The translations under genes were made by a program, and so were the position numbers. Shown one piece after another: positions 51,184 through 62,977 of a stretch of DNA of 64,000 bases. Under the pieces are notes generated by a model. That model had not been told where the DNA came from. It did no database searches and was given only the letters and a program-made list of their open reading frames with translations. Where the stretch lies: assembly GCA_010909165.1 (NCBI GenBank), contig VJWM01000118.1, positions 744,001 through 808,000 of the forward strand. The letters are read 5' to 3'. Positions within the stretch are counted from its first letter, which is position 1. Each line of letters begins with the position of its first letter. The stretch is from Anthoceros angustus (Eukaryota; Plantae; Anthocerotophyta).

Positions 51184-51479
51184 AGAGCTTCACAACATCA
51201 TATCTTGTACGAAAGTTTGACATAAAATAACGGTGACCCTAGTTAGTGACTGTTTTCACGAGACAGAGCTTCGGTGGTGCGCAACAGTGTTTCGTTAAGC
51301 GGCAAAGGTGGGTGCAGGCAAGTTCGTGTTTCAAGTCAGTAGCATGTCACGAGTGCAGAGTCTAGTCTAAAATGCAAAGCAAAGGACCAAACTCATATTC
51401 CAATGAGCATAGTTCAAGGCTCACAGACAGCAACAAGAAAACGAAACAGTGCCATCACCCAATCAAGTGCAGTGATATT

Positions 51480-51548
51480 TGCGTGATGGTTGCTTGCCGA
51501 CGGGCAAGCTTGCAGCAAGCCTGCCCGTTAGCCGGCAACCATCACGCA
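51480..51548. other. 69-nt hairpin, second copy
   Basis: Identical to 31741-31809. Confidence 0.7.
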
Positions 51549-53538
51549 TTCAATGCAAGAGAAAACAGTTAGGAGGCATGAGGGCAATGCCCTGCAGTTT
51601 GTCCAGCCTGAAATCAAAGACTATGAGCCATTTCAGATAGTCCCTAGCTAGCCAACCCATTTCCCTAGTACTCATTAAGATGATGGTGGCTACTAACACA
51701 GCACCCGAAGTTCCAGCACATCAACAGAAATGCTCACATCATACTCTCACATGTTCACATTATGCTCACATGTGAACATAAGGTATAATGTATCACAAGG
51801 TTAAGCTATGTATTGTTCACATGTGTACACCTGCAAATAGAAAATATACAGGTTGCAAAAATTGAGAAAGAAATTGTAAGAAGTGAGGTGTTGTAGGTAA
51901 TGGATGCCGAGTGTTCTGGGCTTTTGTCATGATATGGGGATGTGAGCGTACAAAGGTACAAGATGGTAACATGGGGGAGTTTGTGTTGCTCTTATAGAAA
52001 CTCGTGGTAATTTAAGAACCGAAACTTTTGCGTAGCTGTAGCCGGTCTCAATCCCAACTGCTTGAATAAGCACGTCATGGCTTCATTCCGGATGCTTGTG
52101 ATTGAGGAGACGTGGGGATGAAGGAACAATTGGGAAGCTCGGCCTGTCAACGAGATCATGGAATATTGCGCACAAGGGACAAACGCAGTCCGGCGTCAGG
52201 CATTCCGTGGAGGAGCTGAGCAAGCGCCGCGTTGCGAGCAACACTGCAGGCAGGAAACCTTGTGAAGCGATTAATTCACAAGGCGGGAAAATGTGCTCTA
52301 TCTTGTGCTCAAGCGGTGCATGGAGGAGAGGGATTTAGGGCTTGGGAGGCGCATTCACGGGCTAGGACACCTCAACAGTGTCATTTTGGCTCCTCCGCCT
52401 GTCGCTGTGAGTGTGGACGTCGTGAAGAACCGGAAGCACTTGCAGGCGTGGTAGGAGGACATTAGCAGCCTTTCGCAAACAAGTATTTGCCCTCTCTCCT
52501 ATTGCCCTTCCTGCTACACAGTAGCCTGTTGTTGTCTTTCAACGCCAGGAATGGAGAAAGAATAAGCTTACAAAGATGTAGGAATGTGGGCCATTCTAAA
52601 CACTGCGCTATGTAAACAAGGCTGAAACATCCATCTAGCAGTCAGTTTATCCAACTGGTGCTGTCCTGTGCAATTTCAACTGGTCCTCTTTAGTCAAGTG
52701 AGTCACTGCTGATTGATCCTGGTTTTTCTTAGCCTAATCTGGGCTCATATGTCTTGCCTATGACCAGATTCCATGTATTGAAGGGGCCAACTACGTCCCG
52801 TCAGGTGAGCTTTCTCTAGAACTTGTATTAGTTTGGCACCATGGAGAGTAGCGTAGGACTGTAGGTCCTGCAGGATATCGTTATTACACAGTTTTCTGGA
52901 ATACGTAGGTGCTTTCTTCCAATGCTGTTGATTCTTCTTCTGTCAGTGGCACTTGGCTACAACTTTCAGCTCAACTTGTGCTTATGTTAGCTCTTGGTTT
53001 GTCGTGATAGTGATGCTTTTAATTTTTACAGGCTTCGTCTAGTGGCTTGGTACAACTTTCAGCTCAATTTGTGCTCATGCTAGCTCTTGCTTTGTAGTGA
53101 TAGTGCTGTTTTTTAATTTTTACAAGCATTGTCTACAAGTCTGCCATTTGGATCACACCCGCAGGTCTTGGTTGCAAGTTTGTGAGCCAAGGTTCAAAAG
53201 TGGCTCCAAGTTCTGTCGCATCTACAAAGTCTCGCCACAGGCAACATAATTTCAGGTATATGGTGACAACGTATCAAAAGTATCTTTGGGTTGGACCACC
53301 AGCTCATATTTGAGCAGACTCAAAGCATATTTCAACAGACTCAAATCTTATTTGAACAAGCTTCAGATCCGTTCAGGTGTGATGGAACGCTAAATTATTT
53401 AAAAGAAAAACCGTGATCAGCTTAGGAAGATTCACCAACGTTCCACGCGTTCACCAACCAAGCAACACCTCGGCTTTTAAACAGCCCTACACTTCTAAAG
53501 AACTCCAACACTAAAAACCAATAACAAACCTTGCACAT

Positions 53539-56500
53539 TCACATCATCGCTGCATAAGCAATCCTGCTGCCTTGCACTTACTTATGCATATTCATGAGCC
53601 ATCTTTGTTTCCTCTCCTTCGTACCTCACTTTCTTGAGCGCGGCTCCACATACTGATCTGGAGGGATTTTAGAAGCTCCTCGAGTCCAACCAGCATCCAC
53701 ATTGACATCCTCTTCATTCACGGCCACCATGTTAGGCAATTGCTGGTGGTTGGACAATGTTTCCCTACCAATCCGATCCGCATCACTTGGTATGGCTCAC
53801 CCTTGATTTTGCAAAGTCCGGTATAGCGTTTCCCAAACCTGCAGCTACATGCAAGCCTGCCTTGGCTAGAAACACGAGCAACTTAGCACTCATCACAGAA
53901 AGCTTTCGAATCCACTTGTGGTTATTGGACAGTACAAGCAAAGGATAACCAGGTTGTCCTTGTACGATATGGTTTCCACCTCTCTCCTCACACATGAGAT
54001 GCAAATGAACCACCTTGCCAACCTGAATCAAAGCCATAAACTTTTCTTGGAAGGATACACCATCACTACACAACAAAGGACGACGAGGCATGGTGGAACC
54101 ATGATACCCTATAATACCATCCATGTTGCGTTTCAAAGCCCTCAATGTTTCTCTTTTCGACTCCATCATCTTAGCTTCCAATAACCTAATCAACTCCAGT
54201 ACCTCCTTTTGATTACTGTCCAGTTTGTCCATCACCTGCGAATGATGTATATCAAGCTTTTGTGATATTATGATAAAATAGTCCAACAAAGTTGTGCTAT
54301 TTCCCACGGAGAGGTCAGAGTGACTTCGTAAAGGAATTGTAGACACACTGTGACTTGCTGCAGCCTTGGAGGTTGTGACCATATGTGATGTTGGCATAAG
54401 ATCTGTTGTCATCTTCAATACACAATTTCTTTGCCGTTGATAAAACTCACTATTCCTTTGCACTATATCTGCCAAGTATTCCGGATCTACAAAGTCCTCC
54501 ACCTTATGAGATAACCTGATGCCATTTACTTCATCGCCAATAGGAGGCCAAGAATGTATAAAATCCAATATGTTTCTAGTAACAAAATACCCTTCACCAC
54601 ACTGCAAAGTTTGCTCTTCATCTAGAAGAAACTTCGTTAAATCTGTCTCAAGGTATGCTTGGTTCCGTCTCAATTTGCAAGGTACCAAACGAGTTACACA
54701 GAAAGGGTTGATGAAAGCTTCTGTTAATGCAACTCCTGGACAACCCCTAGGTGAAGCACAAAAGTTTCTCAATTCTTCAAGGATATGTTGTCTCATAAAT
54801 GTATAGGCAAAACCACGTCGTTGTGTTGACCTGACAAGTATATCAACAAAATCGCCAATCACTCCTCCTCCACTGTATTCTATAAAGATATCCATACCAT
54901 TGTAGACTATGGAAATAAGATTGTAGCCAAATATGTATTGATGAGACAACATTCCCAAGTCCACCTTGGAGAAAAGACGATTTCGCAAAACCACCTTGAG
55001 AAAAGAAACAAAGTTAGTACAACGTTCAAATATAAGTTACTCTTCACCTCAAAAACTTGCAAGGAAAAGACAAACATTTACCTGAAACCTCGGAAAAAAA
55101 CCCTCAGTTAAGAAAGTTCGAACATCTTGACATTGTAAGCGGCGGCCTATAAACTCATAGTTTACATCATTGTCATATGTAGTTGGCCATTGTAGAGATC
55201 TTTCTCTACTTGCGCCTGCTTGCCGATTGATGGTTGTTGGAATGAAAAACCCTTGGGTTTTCATATCTAGAGGTGCCTCGTAACATAACTCCAACTCCAA
55301 CATAATATTCACCAAGTCTTGAGTCTCAAGTCCGGTATAGTCCTTTGAAAAGTTAGTAAGAACTGACTCGAGTAGCTCTCGTTTCACAAATCCTTGAGTA
55401 GTAGGGGGTAAGAGTGGACTATGTGATTGTATGAAATGACCTAGAAAGTTGTGAGTAATCCAATTAGGATTAATTACTATTACATTTTTATTTTTCAACT
55501 GGATAATTTTTCCAACATCATGAAGATAGGATGAAATGGCAGATACTATGTTCTCTCGATCAGCAGACGTCAAACGCTTTAACTCTTCAAGCTGTTGCAC
55601 ACAATAGCTTTCAAATCTCTCTTGTTGCATCAAAGGTTGAGAAGGATTCTTAGATACCCACTTTATCAAGGCTTTACTCAATTTCTCACATACATAAGGA
55701 ACTAATTTTGAGTTCTCACATGCAATTTTTAAGCTTTTACATACCTCACGTGATACGTTCTTTATGTATTTCAATGAATAAGCCTTGATAATTTCTATTT
55801 TTGGAATTACTTCTATTAAATCTGAAAACTCTTTTATTACATCCTTCATTTGTGTGTTTAGTAAACTTTCTATAAATTTTTGCTCTTTTTTAAATTTATC
55901 TACGTACGTAATTATAACCAATAATTTTGGTTTCACTACACTTCCCCCCTTGACATTAGATGCAATAAATGTTAGCCAATACTTCAATTCATCCTCAAAC
56001 CTTCTTTTCATATCTTCGTAAGACATAATCTCTCCTGACTCATGGTCAAAGGGACTAAACACGAACGAAAATAGACAAGCTTGGTGAATATTAGGAAAGA
56101 GATAATCATGGAGAATGCGAAATTCAGCTTGGCCGGCTAGATCCCAAATGCTTACTTGCAAATCTTCGTCATTATTGAAAATGTGTTCGATTTCTATCCC
56201 TTTTGTCATCTCCCACGGCAGGCGCACATTTGTCATACAAGTCAGCACCACTCTCCATGTTTGAGAATAGCGGACCATACTTCGACGTATTGTGCTTTTC
56301 CCTGCAAACATTTGTCAGAGATTATATGAGACATTCACAAGGAGCAACTAATGTTGAAGTACGATGTAGCAAAGGATGGAATTACCTGCTTGTGGCGATC
56401 CACAAAGAAAGAATCTACCCACTTTTGGAAATACAAATTTGAAGCGTTGGCGATAAAATATAGGTAAATATGCATACTGATAACTGTTTCGTCGCACAGC

Positions 56501-57816
56501 TTCCCTCAACAATGCACTTTTCCCTTCCTTTTCCCATTTCTTATCATCTATTTTTATAGTTATCAAATGCTCATTCAAATGTAAGCTTTGCATAAGAGTT
56601 GTAAATATTTTTGAAGACAATCTTCCATATCCACGAATATCGAGGGTTTGTATACTTGTATTACTCCCTAAGGATGTAAAAACCGTATCACTAAAGCGTG
56701 TGGGAAAATCCCCTTTCATACTCAGTTGCTTGAGGGCTATGGCGTCTTGTAACTGGAGTCCTGGAAAATCCCCTTCCATATTCACTTGCCTGAGGGCTAT
56801 GCCGTCTTCTTCTGCTTCGGCATATGTCTGGTCAGTATGTCTCTCCAAGACAGGGTCAATTGTATAATGACTAGGGAGCTTCATCTCGCAGGCTTCCAGC
56901 ACAGCATTCGTGCGTAGTACCAAATTTAGATCTGCCACACACCCATGTGGCAAGTTATACATTACGAGCCTAGTGACAGATCTATTGCCCACCGTCACAT
57001 GTCCCTCAGTGCTGGTTTCTCCCAATCCGGTGCGAAGCAATTCCTCCGTACACACATCCACATTTGAAAAACCAATCTGCAACCCTTGCAACGTGGTGTT
57101 CCTGGCCAGGGCTTTGCCGATTTTTCTCGCATCTTGCAATGTCCAGGGGATGCTCGCAATGTTCAAATCACGCAAGGAGGGGCATATACCGGGAGCGAGC
57201 AGCGCCGCTATTTGTTCAGCCCCCGATCCCGACAGCGGGAAGTTGCCTGCCAGGTCCAGGACGCGGAGCGCGGAGTGCGGGGCAGCGCTCAGTGCGCTCA
57301 CCAGCTCCCCCAACCCGTTCCCATTCAGGTCGACCTCTATCAGCGTCAACTTGTGGAGCGTGCGACTGACGCGCAGGAGACCTCCCAAAGCTTTACATCC
57401 AGCCGGGCTGCCCATACCACTACAAAATGCAACATACAGCTTGTGTAAGGCGGAGGTGTCGGCTATGGATGCCAGCCCCCCCAACAGAGCCTCCACCTCT
57501 CCATTCCCGCCGATTCCATACTCGCCCCGCAACCGGATGGTTTCGAGCGTAGGACAATGGCCGATGGCAGAGAGCACCTGCAGTCGCACTTCCCTCCACC
57601 GCTTTGACACCACCACGTCCCGATGCGATTGGAAGAAGTCCCCGAACCTGTCATCCTTAGATCGTCTTCAAGAACAGTGCGCAGTGGCGGAGTGTTGGAT
57701 GAAGAGGCAGAAGCTGCATCAGCTGGCCATGGGCCGGCGCCAAGCTCGGCCAGAAGCTCCTGCAACGCAATAGAAAGCGGCTCCTCAGCCGCATCCTCGG
57801 AATCCGAGCCCGCCAT
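53539..57816 (-). CDS. LRR-ROC-COR (ROCO) GTPase, TORNADO1-like, copy B (frameshifts near 57620 and 53790 as assembled)
   Basis: ORFs 57463-57900, 56348-57616, 55049-56311 and 53783-54994 give MAGS.. LRRs, CGSPQAG-KST, WDLAGQ and COR with GFFPRFQ. Confidence 0.85.
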
Positions 57817-58559
57817 GCCAATTCGTTCCACTGCTGACACGGCCCACCGGGCTACCAGATCCGACTCCGGACCAGTACCCCCACCTCCGAATTCACACAA
57901 CGCGTTTCCGACGAGAACCTACAGTACAGGATGTCAAGCCCCTGCACCCTTGGAACACGAAGCTATCATCAGCACCACTGCCGGGCAACCTGCCCCAGCC
58001 ACCACTATCAGCAGCACTGCACCAATTGCAGGCCCACCACTTGCAGCTCATGATCAGCATGCAGGCTCCGAGCTTGCCATCACAACAATCACCCTCGCAT
58101 GCTCAAAGCCATCCGGATGGGCACAAACATTGGCACTTACCTCAACCGGCAACTGCAACTGCAACTGCAACTGCAACTGCAACGCCCATCGCACCCTACG
58201 CTCACACACGTCCCCGGCCGGACACTGCCATTCACGCGTGCAGGCACCTGCAGCTCACCAACCCACAAAGCCAGCACTGGCATGATCACAACACCTCGAG
58301 CTCATGTCCAGTCACAGGTACCTCTGTGGCAACGTATCTATGCGTGCGAGGGCAGAGAGACTAGTCTACCATCTACCTGCATCATCTGGAGACGCTCTTT
58401 CCACCACCACAAAGCCTGCATCAGTGGACAGCCTCGCTACACCCCGTGCTGCAGCCTACGTTTTGTAGGCCTGCACACCACGCGCTGAGAAGCTTCTGGG
58501 ACACCTCCTGCTCCAAGCGCTCCCCAACCTCCTTCCTGGCCACGTGCTTTAACAGCTGT

Positions 58560-59198
58560 TCAGCACCACTGTCTCCAGAGAAAACAATCCTGGTGACAGT
58601 CGTGAACGGTTTAAAACTAGGATTGGCCCCGGGTCTAGAGCTGTAAAGTGCGCGGCGGACCCACCCCATCCAGCGCATCACCACATTACTCGAACAGGGG
58701 AGTCAGGAATGTCCAACAGTGTCGGAGCGCACAGTCTCCAAACAGTTTTTGGAGCAATTATCTTCCAGGAAGCGGAAGAGGGAATGGTGGAACTTTCCTC
58801 GGCAAATCACATTATCAGTGCAGGGATGACTACACCTAGCTGACATGCCGAGAATGAACAGGAGCATACCAACTGAAGTTCAAACTGGTCCGTTGTGGGT
58901 TTCAGGACTTCCATGTCAGCTAGATCGTCTGCAAGGTAACGCCATTCTCCATTCACAAGAGGGGCAATGGATGCAAACATGGCAGCCTGATGCATCTTCT
59001 CCATGCGACAAAGCAGGCTAAAGTCCAAGTACCTGTAACACAATCACTAACCCTCACTAATATCACAATCCTCAATATCTGCAATCCAAGCCAGTGCACT
59101 GGCTGTAGAACCGTCTGAACACTCGATGAAATCCAGTGTGACAAGATTCAGCACGCTCTCACTTTGCCACCTACCATCGGCATGAGATGTCGCTTTGC
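58560..59198 (-). pseudogene. ABC1 kinase remnant (3' part), upstream of ROCO B
   Basis: Exon 59032-58870 reads YLDFSLLCRMEKMHQAAMFASIAPLVNGEWRYLADDLADMEVLKPTTDQFELQL with AG/GT borders. Confidence 0.7.
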
Positions 59199-59472
59199 CA
59201 AGCCCCTGCACCCTTGGATACAAAACAGAGTAAGTATCTGCACCTACATATCTCCTCCACCGCAGGATCATGAGACTGGCCAGAAAATCTGTGCACCAAT
59301 GATAGTTCAGGCTTGTTCATATTGGAGTGTTTAGAACAGCTGATCACAGTCCTCCTATCGATCTTTGTATACTCCTTCCTATGCACTGCGCTACCCAACA
59401 CCAGAGGCTTGCAAGACATGATCTGTAGGAAAATAGCGAGAACGAGCTCCTCCTGGAACCGGCAAGGAAATT

Positions 59473-59595
59473 GACAGACTGCCTGCAAGAGATGTGGTGA
59501 TTTGGAGTTCTGTGCTGCATGGCTACGCTGAACATGGGGATGGAAAAATGGCAATGCAGTGTTTCAAGGAAACTTGGGCTCTTGTCGCACGCTCT
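59473..59595 (+). pseudogene. Pentatricopeptide-repeat (PLS-class-like) fragment
   Basis: DRLPARDVVIWSSVLHGYAEHGDGKMAMQCFKE. Confidence 0.7.
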
Positions 59596-59705
59596 TCGTT
59601 TTCTTACATCTTGGAGAAGACCTTACAGACCTGCAATTCAGTATGGATAGCCTGAACTATACCAGGGCCAGCATCCTTCGAACACTTTTCAGTGTACCTG
59701 TTCCG

Positions 59706-59822
59706 GCAGCAGCAAAGTGTTGTGGCAACAACAAGTTACAACAAAGTGCTCCGGCAAAAGCAGCAGCAAAGTGTTGTGGCAACAACACGTTACAACAAAG
59801 TGCTCCGGCAAAAGCAGCAGCA
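59706..59822. repeat. 54-bp tandem repeat, 2 units
   Basis: GCAGCAGCAAAGTGTTGTGGCAACAAC at 59706 and 59760. Confidence 0.9.
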
Positions 59823-60563
59823 GTAGACTGTTTCGGCAGCAGCAACTCCAAGTCCAGAGCCCGGTTCTGTGGTGATGGGTCTGATGCGGTAGAGGATGTT
59901 GCGAGGGTGCACTACTAGGTTGTAGAACGTTCTCGCTCACCGAATGCCCGAAACTTCATGCATCATGCATTCCGGCCAAGACAAAACGTTTTTGCATTCT
60001 GGCGGTCGTTGAATGATGAAGACAGGTGACGGAGGCATTGCCAGAGTTCTACCATGAGGACCACGATATCTGCACGTCTGCTGAATAATGTTAGAGGCTG
60101 TCTAGGTCTACTGTTGGAAGCTATCTAGTGCGGTTGCGCAGTGGCTTGGGGACTACTGAAGGTTCAGGCTTGCTCTCAGACGAATTCTAGCCCCAGCCGC
60201 TGAGAATTGTCGCTTGCTCCGCTCCGCTCCCCGCAGGAGGCCACACAAATGCCACTCCCCTCTTCCTAACACACTGTTTGTCAGAGCCCACATAAAAGCA
60301 CGCCAGGCACGCTACCAAGGTCAGTCCTCGATGACTATTACTTCCCTACAGACGGGAAGGGGAGAGGCCTCGATATACATCACCTCCCTGTCACTGCGGG
60401 CTGGCAAAGGGGAAGCATCGATGACAATCACCTCAGAACTAGTCGGAGGGCAGAAAAAGGGATTCTGTTACTTGGGGATTCTGCACACTACTCTTCAGTG
60501 GTCTCATGAGAATCGGGAGTCATGTGTTGAGGTGCATGAGGCGAATCACCTTGAGAAGCCTGC

Positions 60564-60790
60564 TCAAAAGTCAACTACGTAAGTTCCACTCCTGGCAGCA
60601 TCTGAAGATGAGTTGGTAGTACCTTCCTTAGGCTTTGACTTCCCAGTATCCAAGGCACCTGGAATCCCTTGGAACATTGGGTTCTTGTTGCAAAGATCTG
60701 CCATTGCATGGAAGTGTGGCCATGTGGTATTGATGCTCCCCGTTGCTGTCTTTTGCTCCTTCTCCTTCTCCTTCTGCTTTGCAGCGTGGA
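60564..60790 (-). pseudogene. Possible Myb/SANT-like (trihelix or Harbinger-type) domain fragment
   Basis: KQKEKEKEQKTATGSINTTWPHFHAMADL resembles the end of trihelix-type domains; weak. Confidence 0.25.
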
Positions 60791-60880
60791 GGCACACCCC
60801 ACCCCGTACACAAGAATACTCTGTCTTACTGTGCACAAGTATTTAGGCACAGCTAAGCTGACTCCAGGAACAATCCAAAC
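60775..60880 (-). other. Fragment of a CstF77 intron
   Basis: Matches ~26647-26750 (CTGCTTTGCAGCGTGGAGGC..GACTCCAGGAACAA). Confidence 0.8.
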
Positions 60881-61284
60881 ATCGAGAGTGTGCTCAGACA
60901 CTCACGACTACAACACGGTCCAAGTTGACACACTCGCCTGTAATGCATCCACTTGTGTGTGGAAACCGTGCACGCAGAGAATGATGTTCCAGGGCCGGTT
61001 CTTCTTTGTCAGCCATGCTCCCTGTTTGACCTGACCGTTGTGCTGCCTCAGACGCCTGCTCGGATTTACTGTGAATCTGTTCCACAACAGACACCTGCTG
61101 TCAGAATTACGGTCAAGCAGGTAAGCGAATTACCATTCCCTGCAGCTCCCAGCATACCCGATGTAGGTGCGACCCTTGCTGCGAGGATTCTCGGAACAAA
61201 GCAAATAGAATGCGAAGAATGCACTCTGGTGTTCCTCCTCCTCCAGCGGCACATCGGCCAGCTCCGGCTCCTCCACCGGTTCAT
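60881..61284 (-). pseudogene. SLX1: SLX1 GIY-YIG fragment, exons 1-2 (unit 1)
   Basis: AFFAFYLLCSENPRSKGRTYIG / FTVNPSRRLRQHNGQVKQGAWLTKKNRPWNIILCVHGFHTQVDALQ. Confidence 0.85.
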
Positions 61285-62351
61285 TTCTCCCAGAGTTCCC
61301 CCTTAGTGAATCGAAAAAGTGCCCAACAAAGCGAAGAGGAAGATAGCTGCTGCCCAGATTTGACGGCGCTTGTGCTGGATTGGATTGCTTCAAGCTGCAG
61401 CAGTGGTGTCCCGAAAATATGACCGTTCACCGTTCCGTGTTCGTGGCAAGTATTCCACGGTCCCGATCCAGGGTCACCTGAACTGGACCCTGCTGGTAGC
61501 CTTTCTGATGATACCCCCACCATGCCTCAATAGATAAGGAGCGTCCCAAGGCATTGAGGTTTTGGATGTGGCTCATAATCCTTGTTGGGAGTTCAGGATG
61601 CACTCCTCAACGCCCTGATTGAGTGCCTTCCCGACTTGCAAGAGGTGGATGGAGTTCCTGTTTGAAAACTCGAAACGGTTTGCCGAGACGAGGTAGGATA
61701 GCTCCTTCTTTGCTTGGGGTCCGCAATGACCTTACGACTGCTTCCTACTGAGCCATGGCTTGTGAACCCCAGCCCGTTCGATCCCGCTCTTGGAGGTGAG
61801 GGCTCTGACGGAGGTGCAGAGGCTGAATACGAGTATCCGGTTCTTGCAGCTGATTAGACTTTTCTGGAAGAGTTATAGAGGACACTGTCCGACAATCCAG
61901 TGATGGATGCGGCACCTGGTCATCCTCCAACATCCGGCTTCTTGACAGATTCAGTGGGACACCTCTAGTGGTAACTAAGAATCAACCGTAGGCATGTGGA
62001 GTGACTGCCACAATTCCACAGAGATCATGTCAAAGGCTAGGCATGTGCATCGACTGCCACAATTCCACAGAGATCATGTCAAAGGCTTGAATAGCAAGAC
62101 ATTGTTGTAAGGGATGGGAACCATGTGCATTGCTGGTTGTTGCAGTTGTAAGGGTGGACGTGATAGTTAGTGACAACACATATGATAAAATATAATATTT
62201 ATATATAAAATCACATCGGATAATATCTATGATTTTAGAATGAAAAATAATGAAAAAATATAATATAATAATACTTATATAATTTTAATAACATCATAAA
62301 TATAAGATTTGTATATATATACCTATGATATCTTGTAATAATATTCACGTT

Positions 62352-62515
62352 AACTGCTGGTGGCACCACAAACTCCATGGTCCCATTCCGATTGGTATTA
62401 TCAATTAAGGTGATGGACCATTCCAGGTCCAGGACGGACTTTGGTGCATCATACGTCCAGTCTCCATCAACTTGATTCATGCTTGGTGGATCCTTTGCCG
62501 CAAAGATGGCAAGGA
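62352..62515 (-). pseudogene. delta-COP exon fragment, second copy
   Basis: DPPSMNQVDGDWTYDAPKSVLDLEWSITLIDNTNRNGTMEFVVPPA; 62352-62456 matches 44213-44316. Confidence 0.75.
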
Positions 62516-62977
62516 TGCTGCCATGCCCATTCAAACTGTGCACCAGAACACAACAGAACAGAGCGGTGGATCAACATCGAGTGTGCTCAGACACTCACGA
62601 CTACAACACGGTCCAAGTTGACACACTCGCCTGTAATGCATCCACTTGTGTGTGGAAACCGTGCACGCAGAGAATGATGTTCCAGGGCCGGTTCTTCTTT
62701 GTCAGCCATGCTCCCTGTTTGACCTGACCGTTGTGCTGCCTCAGACGCCTGCTCGGATTTACTGTGAATCTGTTCCACAACAGACACCTGCTGTCAGAAT
62801 TACGGTCAAGCAGGTAAGCGAATTACCATTCCCTGCAGCTCCCAGCATACCCGATGTAGGTGCGACCCTTGCTGCGAGGATTCTCGGAACAAAGCAAATA
62901 GAATGCGAAGAATGCACTCTGGTGTTCCTCCTCCTCCAGCGGCACATCGGCCAGCTCCGGCTCCTCCACCGGTTCAT
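62467..62977 (-). pseudogene. SLX1: SLX1 GIY-YIG core, exons 1-3 (unit 2), fused to the delta-COP fragment
   Basis: Exons ..-62851, 62769-62631 and 62535-62467 give YLL..YIG..RRLRQHN..ALQFEWAWQHP. The ATG at 62977 is one base out of frame as assembled. Confidence 0.85.

Noticed and set aside
37994-57816. Naming the ROCO genes TRN1
   Set aside because: Domain order matches, but multiple divergent paralogs argue against assigning orthology without a phylogeny.
61400-61900. Degenerate reading frame upstream of SLX1
   Set aside because: Interrupted by stops and not recognisable.
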